The notes: generated by a model from the sequence alone, not told the origin. 64,000 bases of DNA from Antedon mediterranea (GCF_964355755.1 NC_092676.1:10517888-10581887); one strand, 5' to 3'. Counted from the first letter of the stretch, positions 53,001-64,000 are shown. A program made the numbers and translations.

Positions 53001-56000
53001 TAAAATTAGAAAATATATTAGCATGTAGTATGTCTTAAAGCTATCCATTTTTCTATACTTATTTCTTTATTGTTATATGGTTCACATTCAATGTTATATA
53101 GCATATTGCTTTTAAATGATCTCCATAAAGATTTACCCACTGGCTTATTTAATGTTGATAACATTTTTATTCTATAAATAGCGGAAGGCTGCAAATTTGT
53201 AAATATAATCTACTAGCTTATCTCCCGTTCCTAGTATTATTGCTTATATGATATATTATTGTGGTTTAAACTTAAAAAGATACTAAACATTTTCCTCCAA
53301 AATTTTTGAATAAATCTACAACTAAAAAACAAATTGTTTTCATTTTCAATTTCTCAACATTTGTCACTTCACACGTTTGTGTTTCTCTAACTTTCCACTG
53401 ATAAAGCCGTTTGTTGGTAGGCAGTATTCTATGTAACTTCTTATAATAGATTTGTGCTAATTTCTTATCCTTCAATTTACACACTTTCCGTAACCAAGTA
53501 ACTTTTAATATTAATGATTTATTGATTGGGATTTGGATGTTTACTTTCAGTTAGTTGAAAAATGTTTGCCTTGCATTATAGGCAACTATCAGAAGTTTGT
53601 AAAATAGAAACACAATGAAGCAACTCAGTGTGTATGTTAAATTCAAGTTATTCCAGTCAACTTACGTCTATATCATTATCTGGTAAAATGTTTTGCCTCA
53701 CCGTTTTTTTTTATGTATGTATAAAAACAATATAATGAAATATCTATTCCCTACTGATGAGAAATTTATTTTGAAAAGCAATAAACACACACCCACACAG
53801 AATCTCGAGAAATATCAAGGATCAATAATATTATTGGAATGTATGATGTTCTATTAAAATGTTTGCCTGGCCTTTAAGGTCACGTGACATTATTATGTCA
53901 TTCGTTTCCTTTCCTGATCAAAACCAATTATTTATTGTTTCTTTCTTCTTAATTAGTGGGATTTGGTCTGTGAGGATAAAACTATACCTGCCATTGCTCA
54001 GTCTATTTTCTTTACAGCCGTTTTAGTTGGATCGATGGTTGTTGGTTCTTTGTCTGACAGGTATGCCTATGATACGTAGCACTACAATAGATATAATAAA
54101 ATAATACTGAGAAAAGCATAAGTAACTTTTCTAGGTATTTATTTATGCATTATTTTCGTTTGTTTTACTAGATATGGAAGAAAACCAATGTGGTTCATAT
54201 CAATTATAGTACAGTGTATTGCTGGATTTGCTGTTGCATTTTCTCCCAATTTGATTACGTATCTGTGTCTGCGATGTGTTGTAGCGGCTTGTAATTTTGG
54301 AATGTTCACTTTGTGCTATATTATCGGTGAGTCCGTAAACTATATGTGTTATACTTACGTAGCCGATTACTTGAGATAATCAATACGAAAAATTTGTTAT
54401 AGGTTTATTTTAAAATAAATTTGTACATTATGCATAAACTTGCTTGGGACATCAGAATATTGGAAAGATGAACATAAATGGTCATAGGCTACTGGAGCTA
54501 CACATCTATCATGACATCTGTATTATAAACACTTAAAAACCATAGTACTGTATCATGGAAAATCCCAGATCTCATCAATGGCATCAACTTGATCTGATTA
54601 TCACTAGGCGGTCTTCATTAAATAACTATAAGCTATCGTAAAGTGCGTCTTCAACTTGGTAAGATTCACCACTCCAATGCAAATAATCGTTAGCCTGTAT
54701 CAGGCCTAGCATATTTCAATTTTATGCAAGGTCTGCTCTTCTAAACCTTCCGAATCAAGATGCTACAGCCAAATGGAACACCATGAAAGAAGCAAATTAC
54801 AATACAGCTACAGTATTTCTACCTTTAGAAAGAAGGAAAGAATTACAGTAGTCACAACTTTCAAGTAATTGAACGAGCAATTGAGGCTAATAATGTTTAG
54901 CAGACACAAGATTTCCATATTATACAGTACTCAGTCACTTTGTTAACACTTAAGAGTACTTGTGGTGCTAATTAGGATTGTTTACAACTCGTCACGATTG
55001 AGAAGGTGTTCTCACACAGATCGCGAGGAAGTTTTATGATTATGTATACAGAGTAGCCAAACAAGCGCGTTGCATTATGAGATGTGTTTTGATCGAACAC
55101 TTTGAACAAAAAACGTCTGTATTTCAGTTAAATGATTGTTTTTTTCGACAAATTTTTGGTGAAAGTTAATGGCTATTATGATACTTGAAAATGACCCACT
55201 TTTTTCGAAATTGTTTTATTTTATTTTTTTTGGGAATTAATCAAAGCGAGAATACATCTTTAAGGAATGATCTAATTTATATCTATGCATGGTGTATACA
55301 CATTCTGGGCATTATTTCAATATGAACATAATTGACACACATTACGATGACAGTGGCTTTTTCGTATTATCACAGTTTTTTTTCGTTTTCTCGTTTGAAT
55401 TAAATTAATAATTACTTGATTTTCAGTGTATCATCGGCGGTTTAGAAATGTTGTTAAATTCATGTGAAGGTTTATTATTAGTCCGTGTACTATCCATGGT
55501 GTAACACTCGTAGCGTCTTGTTGTGGTGTATACAATCAAAAATGAAAATTATAACAAATAGGCATAATGAAGAAACTAAGCCCTAAATACAGTAATTGTA
55601 AGGTTGACTTAGATAAATGGAGTACTATGCCTGGTACAAGCCTATAAACCAAGAAGAACAAATTCAAAACAACCTGTCCAGTGTGCATAGGTATACCATG
55701 GAAGAGTGGTCAATTCACTCTTCTCTGGGTATACTGCCTGCAATAAACTGAACGGTGTGCATAGGTATACCAGGGAAGAGTGGTCAATTCACTCTTCTCT
55801 GGGTATACTGCCTGCAATAAACTGAACGGTGTGCATAGGTATACCAGGGAAGAGTGGTCAATTCACTCTTCTCTGGGTATACTGCCTGCAATAAACTGAA
55901 CGGTGTGCATAGGTATACAAGGGAAGAGTGGTCAATTCACTCTTCTCTGGGTATACTGCCTGCAATAAACTGAACGGTGTGCATAGGTATACCAGGGAAG

Positions 56001-59000
56001 AGTGGTCAATCAACTCTTCTCTGGGTATACTGCCTGCAATAAACTGAACGGTGTGCATAGGTATACCAGGGAAGAGTGGTCAATTAACTCTTCTCTGGGT
56101 ATACTGCCTGCAATAAACTGAACGGTGTGCATAGGTATACCAGGGAAGAGTGGTCAATTCACTCTTCTCTGGGTATACTGCCTGCAATAAACTGAACGGT
56201 GTGCATAGGTATACCAGGGAAGAGTGGTCAATTCACTCTTCTCTGGGTATACTGCCTGCAATAAACTGAACGGTGTGCATAGGTATACAAGGGAAGAGTG
56301 GTCAATTCACTCTTCTCTGGGTATACTGCCTGCAATAAACTGAACGGTGTGCATAGGTATACCAGGGAAGAGTGGTCAATTCACTCTTCTCTGGGTATAC
56401 TGCCTGCAATAAACTGAACGGTGTGCATAGGTATACCAGGGAAGAGTGGTCAATCAACTCTTCTCTGGGTATACTGCCTGTAATAAACTGAACGGTGTGC
56501 ATAGGTATACCAGGGAAGAGTGGTCAATTAACTCTTCTCTGGGTATACTGCCTGCAATAAACTGAACGGTGTGCATAGGTATACCAGGGAAGAGTGGTCA
56601 ATTCACTCTTCTCTGGGTATACTGCCTGCAATAAACTGAACGGTGTGCATAGGTATACCAGGTAAGAGTGGTCCATTCACTCTTCTCTGGGTATACTGCC
56701 TGCAATAAACTGAACGGTGTGCATAGGTATACCATGGAAGAGTGGTCAATTCACTCTTCTCTGGGTATACTTCCTGCAATAAACTGAACGGTGTGCATAG
56801 GTATACCAGGGAAGAGTGGTCAACTCACTATTCTCTGGGTATACTGCTTGCAATAAACTGAACAAAAAGCTCATGGGAGCATAAATAAAAAGACATGTGC
56901 ATAATGTCTGTCATAATGGTGTGGTACTAAATAAAGAAAGAAATAAGTAATATATAGTTCTACTCTACTAATAAGTAATACACGGTATTAGGGTTAACGA
57001 GAAAAACGTGCTTATAGACGACCAAAGTTGTTGATCTAATGTTTATAGACAGGTTCCATTTCTCAAAAAACGGCCTAGAAAACGAATCAAGAGGCATTTT
57101 TGGGTAGAAGCTGGGATCCACTTGATTTAGGATATTTCGACCTCGCTGATTACAAATATGGCGGATCCCAAGCGAAATTCGGCCATCTAAGCCCTTAATT
57201 TGCATAATTAAAAATGGCGGCCATTTTTTATATCTACCCTATATCTCAAGAACCACTAGTCACAGATAATTAATTTTGGTCTGAAAATGTTTTAAATATA
57301 TGTTTTTATATTCACTTTAATGACACATTTTCTCCAAAAATGGATGCAAGTCTTATTTCTGACATTTTGACCTTTGACCTTTATTTATCGTATCTCAGTA
57401 ACCAATAATCGGAGAGACATGAAATAGGGCTCAAATTGTTCAGAAACTATACATTCATATTTATTATAATGAAATGTTTTTACAAAAAATGGCCGATTCT
57501 ACAACTATTGACCTTTGAACTATTAGTCAAATATAATAATATAATAATAATATAACTTTGAAAATTGTGGTCTTATGAATTTTTTTTCTTTTTAAATTGT
57601 TTAAAACATGTGTGTTTCTATCCAGTCTAATGGCACATTTTGTACAAGAATGGCCGATAGTATGGTTATTGACCTTTAAACTACAGCATAGGCCTACTGT
57701 ATACTAAATATAATATAATTGCATAACTATGAAATTATTTATACACAATAATAATTAGTAAATTATAAAATTCACTGCCATCAAATATGATGTGTTATGA
57801 TTTATATAGATTTAAAAAAAAATTGAACACGCAAGTTACATTTGTTGAAATTTGAAATTTGAAATTACCTGCCATCAATATGATGGTGTATGATTATAGA
57901 TTTTTTTAAATGTGAACATGTCAGCTACATTTGGAAATTACCTGCCATCAATATGATGGATTATGATTATAGATTTAAAAAAGAATTTGATCACGTAAGC
58001 TACATTTGAAAATTACCTGCCATCAATATGATGGATTATGATTATAGATTTAAAAAAGAATTTGAACACATAAGCTACATTTGGAAATTTGGAAATTACC
58101 TGCCATCAATATGATGGATTATGATTGTATAGTACCTGCCATCAATATGATGGATTATGATTATAGATTTAAAAAAGAATTTGAACACGTAAGCTACATT
58201 TGAAAATTACCTGCCATCAAAATGATGGATTATGATTGTATAGATTTAAAAGAAAATGTAAACACGTAAGCTACATTTGGAATGAACATGTTAAGGGCAT
58301 CAGTTTAAGATCATTCATGCAAAGGTTTCCGTCATCTTTAGCGTTGTTTACAGCGGCATAAAGCTGTACATGGTAGTTTTGACTTCTTGCACCTACATCT
58401 ATTGGTTATGCATCGTGTCTTGCATCCACAATAAATCATCTCTAACGAAGCAGTAGGAATAGCTTCATTTTTCAGAAGCACTGGTTGAAGTTTACCATTA
58501 GATAGCTCCCAACCAAAATCTGTTGGTGATGGCAAATGCTGGATTGGCGATACAGCTTTTTTCCATACGAGTGCTTGGAAGTGTGCTCTTTTTATATGTT
58601 GGTGCACTGCATCGCTTGTTGGAGGTAATGCCTCTGGTTTTTTTGTTTTTTTTTAAAGCCTAACTTCATTGGTAATTTTAACTTGACCAACACCGTAAAC
58701 GTAGCAAATGAATCCTTCCAATTTCATAATAACTTGGTCACTGATAGGTTTTCTCCCAGGTCTTTAATTAGTTCATAATTTTGTTTTAATACTTCCCATG
58801 CCGATGCCTTTGAGTGACCACTTAGATATGAACAGGGAAGAGTTAAATTACTGTATGTATGTATTAATGTAATTTAACTCTTCCCTGGATATGAGGTAGT
58901 ATTGCTTCCACTAATAGTGTGGAATGGAATCAGTGCTTTTGCATAACCCCCGGGCAAGGCTTGAAAAATGTCTTTTATATTATAGATACTTTCTTTTTTT

Positions 59001-61204
59001 GGATGTCTCTGTCATCATCCATTTGGATACCATGCTTTGGTAGTGAGACACTAGAATCACTAGTACGCCTGTATCCCTAGAAGCAACTACAACTGTGTCG
59101 TATCGGACATTGGCAGCATGACAAGTCTCGTGTCCGATTTTTCATGATCTGCGACCAGAGACAACGTATTCGTGTAGACTTTTGATGATTTAACAACTGA
59201 TTCTTTCATAAATCCACCAGCTGTGACAATTTCTTTGTCTATAGGAGCTTGACAAATCAACTCCTCTGATAGAAATCGTGCCAGATCTGCTTTATTATCT
59301 TGTAATGCCAAAAAGTTTGACCAGCAATTTGGCAGCGGTATTTCACCACTTTCTATAATTCGACGAATTGGTCTCTGTGTTTTGATTCATCTTTGTCTAG
59401 TGGTGTCCTTTATCGACAGTTTTAAGTTAGGCATGCCATGTTAAAAAAACAAAAAAAACCAGAGGCATTACCTCCAACAAGCGATGCAGTGCACCAGCAT
59501 ATAAAAAGAGCACACTTCCAAGCACTCGTATTGAAAAAAGCTGTATCGCCAATCCAGCATTTGCCATCACCAACAGATTTTGGTTGGGAGCTATCTAATG
59601 GTAAACTTCAACCAGTGCTTCTGAAAAATGAAGCTATTCCTACTGCTTCGTTAGAGATGATTTATTGTGGCTGCAAGACACGATGCATAACCATATAGAT
59701 GTAGGTGCAAGAAGTCAAAACTACCATGTACAGCTTTATGCTGCTGTAACAACGCTAACAAAGATGACGGAAACCTTTGCATGATGAATGATCTTAAACT
59801 GATGCCCTTAACATGTTCATTCCAAATGTAGCTTACGTGTTCACATTTTCTTTCAAACCTATACAATCATAATCCATCATATTGATGGCAGGTAATTTCC
59901 AAATTTCCAAATGTAGCTGACGTGTTCAAATTCTTTTTTAAATCTATAATCATAATCCATCATATTGATGGCAGGTAATTTTCAAATGTAGCTTACATGT
60001 TCAAATTCTTTTTTAAATCTATAATCATAATCCATCAAATTGTTAGCAGGTAATTTCCAAATGTAGTTGACATGTTCACATTTTTAAAAATCTATAATCA
60101 TACTCCATCATATTGATGGCAGGTAATTTCAAATTTCAAATTTCAACAAATGTAACTTGCGTGTTCAAATTTTTTTTTAAATCTATATAAATCATAACAC
60201 ATCATATTTGATGGCAGTGAATTTTATAATTTTACTAATTATTATTGTGTATAAATAATTTCATAGTTATGCAATTATATTATATTTAGTATACAGTAGG
60301 CCTATGCTGTAAAGGTCAATAACCATACTATCGGCCATTCTTGTACAAAATGTGCCATTAGACTGGATAGAAACACACATTTTTTAAACAATTTAAAAAG
60401 AAAAAAAAATTCATAAGACCACAATTTTCAAAGTTATATTATTATTATATTATTATATTTGACTAATAGTTCAAAGGTCAATAGTTGTAGAATCGGCCAT
60501 TTTTTGTAAAAACATTTCATTATAATAAATATGAATGTATAGTTTCTGAACAATTTGAGCCCTATTTCGTGTCTCTCCGATTATTGGTTACTGAGATACG
60601 ATAAATAAAGGTCAAAGGTCAAAATGTCAGAAATAAGACTTGCATCCATTTTTTGAGAAAGTGTGTCATTAAAGTGAATATAAAAACATATATTTAAAAC
60701 ATTTTGAGACCAAAATTAATTATCTGTGACTAGTGGTTCTCGAGATATAGGGTAATTATAAAAAATGGCCGCCATTTTTAATTATGCAAATTAAGGGCTT
60801 AGATGGCCGAATTCCGCTTGGGATCCGCCATATTCGTAATCAGCGAGGTCGAAATATCCTAAATCAAGTGGATCCCAGCTTCTACCCAAAAATGCTTCTT
60901 GCACCATATTTCAGAGGAAATAGAACTTGTCTATTACTTGCACTTAAAGGGTATAGATGTTGTGAAATGGATTGTACACGAGTTTTAAATCATTCAAAAT
61001 AAATATTTTCTTGCTTGCACAATTTTGTTTCATAGGTACTGAATGGGTAGGACCAAGTTACAGAAAAGCCGTTGCTATTTACACATCAATAATGTGGGCA
61101 ACAGGCTACATGCTGCTTGCTGTGTTTGCTTACTTCTTTACAAACTGGAGAACATTGGCAATGGTGACTTCCCTGTCAGGTGGACTATTATTGATACTTT
61201 ATCC
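41848..61204 (+). CDS. SLC22: SLC22-family transporter paralogue 2, 5' part (exons 1-4; rest lies beyond the window)
   Basis: join(41848-42234,53957-54060,54172-54326,61036-61204). Motifs MKFDDL..VGEFGFYQ, EWDLVC, LSDRYGRK, GTEWVGPSYR. Exons 2-4 have the same lengths (104/155/169) and phases as paralogue 1. No PES-RWL exon found before 64000. Confidence 0.9.
44895..47060 (-). mobile_element. Internally deleted Rex1/Babar-like LINE split by a hAT MITE
   Basis: 5' part IVYSLEDLHAL (45535-45813); 3' part LQLNVAET, YKYLGV, DETHPLH..PRSGRMR..TKRYRDSF. Confidence 0.6.
45813..46996. mobile_element. hAT-type MITE
   Basis: TIR CAGTGGCGTATCCAG; 8-bp TSD AAACCACA / AAACTACA. Confidence 0.8.
47062..47092 (+). 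repeat. (GA)n microsatellite
   Basis: About 15 GA units. Confidence 0.9.
48299..49368. mobile_element. MULE-like MITE with nested TTAA-flanked palindromic element (about 48415-49022)
   Basis: TCACGAAACCTAAGACC repeats inverted at both ends; 9-bp TSD CAAAAATGA. Confidence 0.7.
50177..52126. mobile_element. hAT5-like MITE (5-bp TSD)
   Basis: TAGGGGCGGATCCAG / CTAGATCCGCCACTG termini; TSD CAATA. Confidence 0.7.
50213..51190. mobile_element. TAG..CTA element with 9-10 bp TSD (AcademH-like) nested in the hAT5-like MITE
   Basis: TAGACTTGCCCCAAGTC ... GTCTGGAACCCAGACTA, flanked by GGGGGGCGC on both sides (one extra G on the right). Confidence 0.55.
53100..53600 (-). mobile_element. Tx1/L1-type LINE 3' fragment
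   Basis: KLHRILPTNKRLYQWK (zf-RVT-like). Confidence 0.55.
53957..54060 (+). CDS. SLC22 paralogue 2 exon 2
   Basis: WDLVCEDK...GSLSD, 104 nt. Confidence 0.92.
54172..54326 (+). CDS. SLC22 paralogue 2 exon 3
   Basis: YGRKPM...AFSPN...LRCVVAACNFG, 155 nt. Confidence 0.92.
54480..54900 (+). mobile_element. RTE-type LINE endonuclease fragment
   Basis: PRSHQWHQLDLIITRRSSLNN. Confidence 0.55.
55681..56863 (+). repeat. Tandem satellite, 16 x 74 bp, hairpin-forming unit
   Basis: Unit GTGTGCATAGGTATACCAGGGAAGAGTGGTCAATTCACTCTTCTCTGGGTATACTGCCTGCAATAAACTGAACG; period exactly 74 (55681, 55755 ... 56791); 0-3 substitutions per copy. Confidence 0.98.
58338..59400 (-). pseudogene. Academ transposase 3' fragment (frameshifted)
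   Basis: ORFs 59087-59311 and 58338-58607 plus intervening FHTISGSNTTSY/LSGHSK; inverted duplicate at 59438-59790 on plus. Confidence 0.8.
58833..58887. mobile_element. 55-bp micro TIR element or P-like excision footprint
   Basis: 19-bp perfect inverted repeat CAGGGAAGAGTTAAATTAC; flanks GATATGAA / GATATGAG; interrupts the transposase codons TTSY|LSGH. Confidence 0.8.
61036..61204 (+). CDS. SLC22 paralogue 2 exon 4
   Basis: GTEWVGPSYRK...TNWRTL...LYP|gtaag, 169 nt. Confidence 0.92.
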
Positions 61205-61805
61205 GTAAGTAGTAGCCTTCTAAAATATATTGAAAACACAGTTTAAACGAATACAAATTAATATTAATATAAGAAGGATAGCAATAGAATGATTAATAAT
61301 TTGTGTATTATTTATTATTTTATCATAATAAAGACTTTTATAAAATCCGTTTTTTACTTTGCCTAATCCTATTTTAACTAAAAAACCGATGTGATTCAAT
61401 TAATAATTTAGGAATCTCTCGTCCATAGAAAATAACATAATTACGTATAAAATCGATGTTATTACCGAATTCCCAAGAGAGTCATTTCTTATTCCAGATT
61501 GTTACTTGGTAGAAAAGCATTTTTTGTACAGTATTTCCCAGGGAGTTATTACTTCAAACAATTTATTTTATCATTTTATTGAGAAATAGGCCTAAAGCTA
61601 TGAAAATAAACAAGTAATCCTTAATATTAAATTTATACTTTAAAATGATGTAAAACTAATGTTTTATGATTTTTTTTATCTGTGAAATCTATATAATGAC
61701 ATTTTGAAATAAAATTGTGATTTCATTAATTTATTCATCAGTGGAAAATTACTTCTATTCATTGTCATTTGCATATGAAATATACTCTATATGCTCTAAG
61801 ATATA

Positions 61806-63185
61806 CAAAATACGTCAATTTAGAACTGCTTGTAATTTTCCAAAATACGTCAACTTGAGGGCGCTATAAATTATCTAAAATACGTGAATTGTCCAAAATA
61901 CGTCAAATTGAGGACGCTATTCATTTTCCAAAATACGAGATTTGTCCAAAATACGTCAATTTGGGACTGCTAGTAATTTTCCAAAATACGTCAACTTGAG
62001 GGCGGCAAATTTTTTTCCTAAAATACGAGAGCCTTTAAAACAAACAAGTACATTTTAGTTATAAATGAAATTATTGGAAGGCAGATTTTTTGGTAAATAA
62101 AATGTAATAGAGTAGCCAATTATTATTTTTCAATGTAATCATTTATTACTGAATAAAAACAAATATGTGCCAACATCAGTCAATAGACACAGTGCCTATA
62201 ATCATTAATAATGTCTGAACGATGTACAATTGCATTGCCTGACGTAGCTAGTTTAAATGAGGAATAAACCGACTACAAAAACAGCATGTACAAGTATAGT
62301 CATAGGTGTGTGTTATATATTTTGGTGATCTACAAAATTGATATTTTTCCATAGCTCGACAGACCAACATCGCTTTCAATTTAATGTACTTATGGTCTAA
62401 TACAAGTTACCTAATCTGAATTCTAACACAATAGTTAGTTTATATAGTAATAAAAATAATAAAAAGGTATATGGTATTGTAATTAAAATAATATCAATAA
62501 TTGGTTAGAAGAAGTAAAGTAATTATTTTTTTACACGAAAACGTCGGCCAAATACCCATAGTTAAAACAGTTAGTTAAAGTTCAAAATGGTTAGGTTAAG
62601 CGAGAGAGATCTAAATGTAATTTTATAGTATTTTTGAAAACAGCCTCGCGTTTTGAAGGTTCGAAGATTTTTTTGGAAAATTCGCGTATTTTGGAAAACT
62701 GTGCCTTCGGATAACTTTCTTATTGTAGAAAATTAATAGCACTACAAAACTTGTTTTAAGTTGGATAATTTTCCTAATTTAGAAAATTAATAGTAGCCTC
62801 AAGTTGAAGTATTTTGGAACAAGTGCCACAAAAATTATATTGGAGAAATTGTGTATTTAAGCAAATAATTAGCGCCCTCAAGTTGACGTATTTTGGACAA
62901 AGCGCGTGTTTTGGAAAATGAATAGCGCCCTCAATTTGACGTATTTTGGACAATTCACCTATTTTGGATAATTTATAGCGCCCTTAAGTTGACGTATTTT
63001 TGGAAAATTACAAGCGGTTCCAAATTGACGTATTTTGGACAATTTGCGTATTTTGGAAAATGAATAGCGCCCTCAAGTCGACGTATTTTGGAAAGACTCG
63101 CGTATTTTGGATTAGTATAGCGCCCTCAACTTGAAGTATTTTGGAAAAAATTTTGCGTATTTTCGACTGAATTTCACCAACCCTA
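61806..63185. mobile_element. hAT-like MITE with subterminal AAAATACGTCAA arrays (left terminus lost)
   Basis: Arrays inverted between 61806-62030 and 62680-63170; right end CACCAACCCTA, also seen at 28330-28489. Confidence 0.6.
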
Positions 63186-64000
63186 TCGCATTAATAAGGC
63201 TTTCCGATCGCTTATGATATTAAATACTGTAAACGTGCAATCCAAACGCCAGAATTTTGATTAATTAATTAATTTGTTTTGAATAGATATTTTCCAAACA
63301 TTATGAAATAGCAAACATTTTGTTTCAAGAAAGTCTACCCTCGACCTAATGGTAGCTATCCCATAACCATCATGATTAAATTCAAATCCTTTTCAAAGAC
63401 AGTATATTTGAAATGAAAAGTCTCGGCGGTTGATGAATGCTTCATGGATTGGTTTGGCAGGAATATCCGCCTAAGGCCTAATCTTGAGAGTTGGCTATCT
63501 TTATCATTGAGATCTCTAAATACATAAAAGGATTTTTAACATTCGATAAACATGAAGCTGGCACGACTGTTTGGTAAAACAATCTTATACCCGCATCGAA
63601 TACTAAACCAATCCAATCAATGCCAAGTATATTCATATTTTATAACTATAACATTTGTCAAGACGGAGGTTGTTTATCTGTTTGTTAGAAAGATTACGTC
63701 AACACTGCGCAATATAGATACGTGAATTTCTGAAGTTACTCTTTTTATTCCCAACTGGAAATCATACACCATTACGGCTCAATACACTGCGGCATATATT
63801 TATCTCAAGCAGTAGACGACTAGAAGAACGTATAATTTTTCAACTTTCACTCAACTCTCAAACTCAATGGACTTAATGTATCATTTAAATCATATAGGAA
63901 TTGAGTTATATCTTGTCTATCTGATTGACATGAGTTATTATTATGTAATACCTTTTGTTTGTCAATGCTTTTGTCAATTTGTTATTTGCTTGTTAATTGT

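Larger units (their letters stand above)
57046..60933. mobile_element. Academ (AcademX-type) derived foldback element with transposase remnants
   Basis: TAGACA..TGTCTA termini; 3-bp TSD TTA; inverted arms about 57046-58666 and 59424-60933. Remnants DHEKSDTRL and LPPTSDA..HIKRAHFQA..LPSPTDFGW..CGCK..C..RC.C.K..LPCTALC.C resemble the PIN-like and Cys-rich C-terminus of Academ transposases. Confidence 0.85.

Noticed and set aside
55858-56502. Two 66-aa ORFs
   Set aside because: Products of the satellite periodicity.
55681-56863. CRISPR-like array
   Set aside because: Units are essentially identical end to end with no unique spacers, no cas genes are present, and the context is a eukaryotic intron.
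59438-59790. Host tesmin/CXC-domain gene
   Set aside because: The Cys-rich segment is the C-terminus of a frameshifted Academ-like transposase inside TIRs with a TSD.
61205-64000. Exon 5 of paralogue 2
   Set aside because: No PES-RWL coding segment with a valid acceptor was found; it is presumed to lie downstream of the window.

Overview
AT-rich eukaryotic (animal) genomic DNA, probably a marine invertebrate deuterostome such as an echinoderm (inferred from a Deu/Nin-like SINE and Gmr1, Mag and Academ elements; not proven). It holds two tandem, same-strand SLC22 (organic cation/anion transporter, MFS) paralogues. One is complete (10 exons, 15386-25802, 568 aa). The other shows its first four exons (41848-61204) and continues past the window. 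Nearly everything else is transposon-derived: a young Mag-type Gypsy with intact pol nested in a Ginger-like MITE, two decayed Gmr1-like Gypsy elements (integrase before RT), Academ foldbacks including a 3.9-kb palindrome, LINE fragments, SINEs, a 5S pseudogene and many MITEs. The most unusual signal is a family of tiny CAGGGA...CCTG palindromes (16, 31 and 55 bp) flanked by 7-8 bp direct repeats, which resemble P-element excision footprints. One of them, with its target-site duplication, has been amplified into a 16 x 74 bp hairpin satellite inside an SLC22 intron. The palindrome TAGGCCTA is also strongly over-represented. All calls are by eye; no searches were run.
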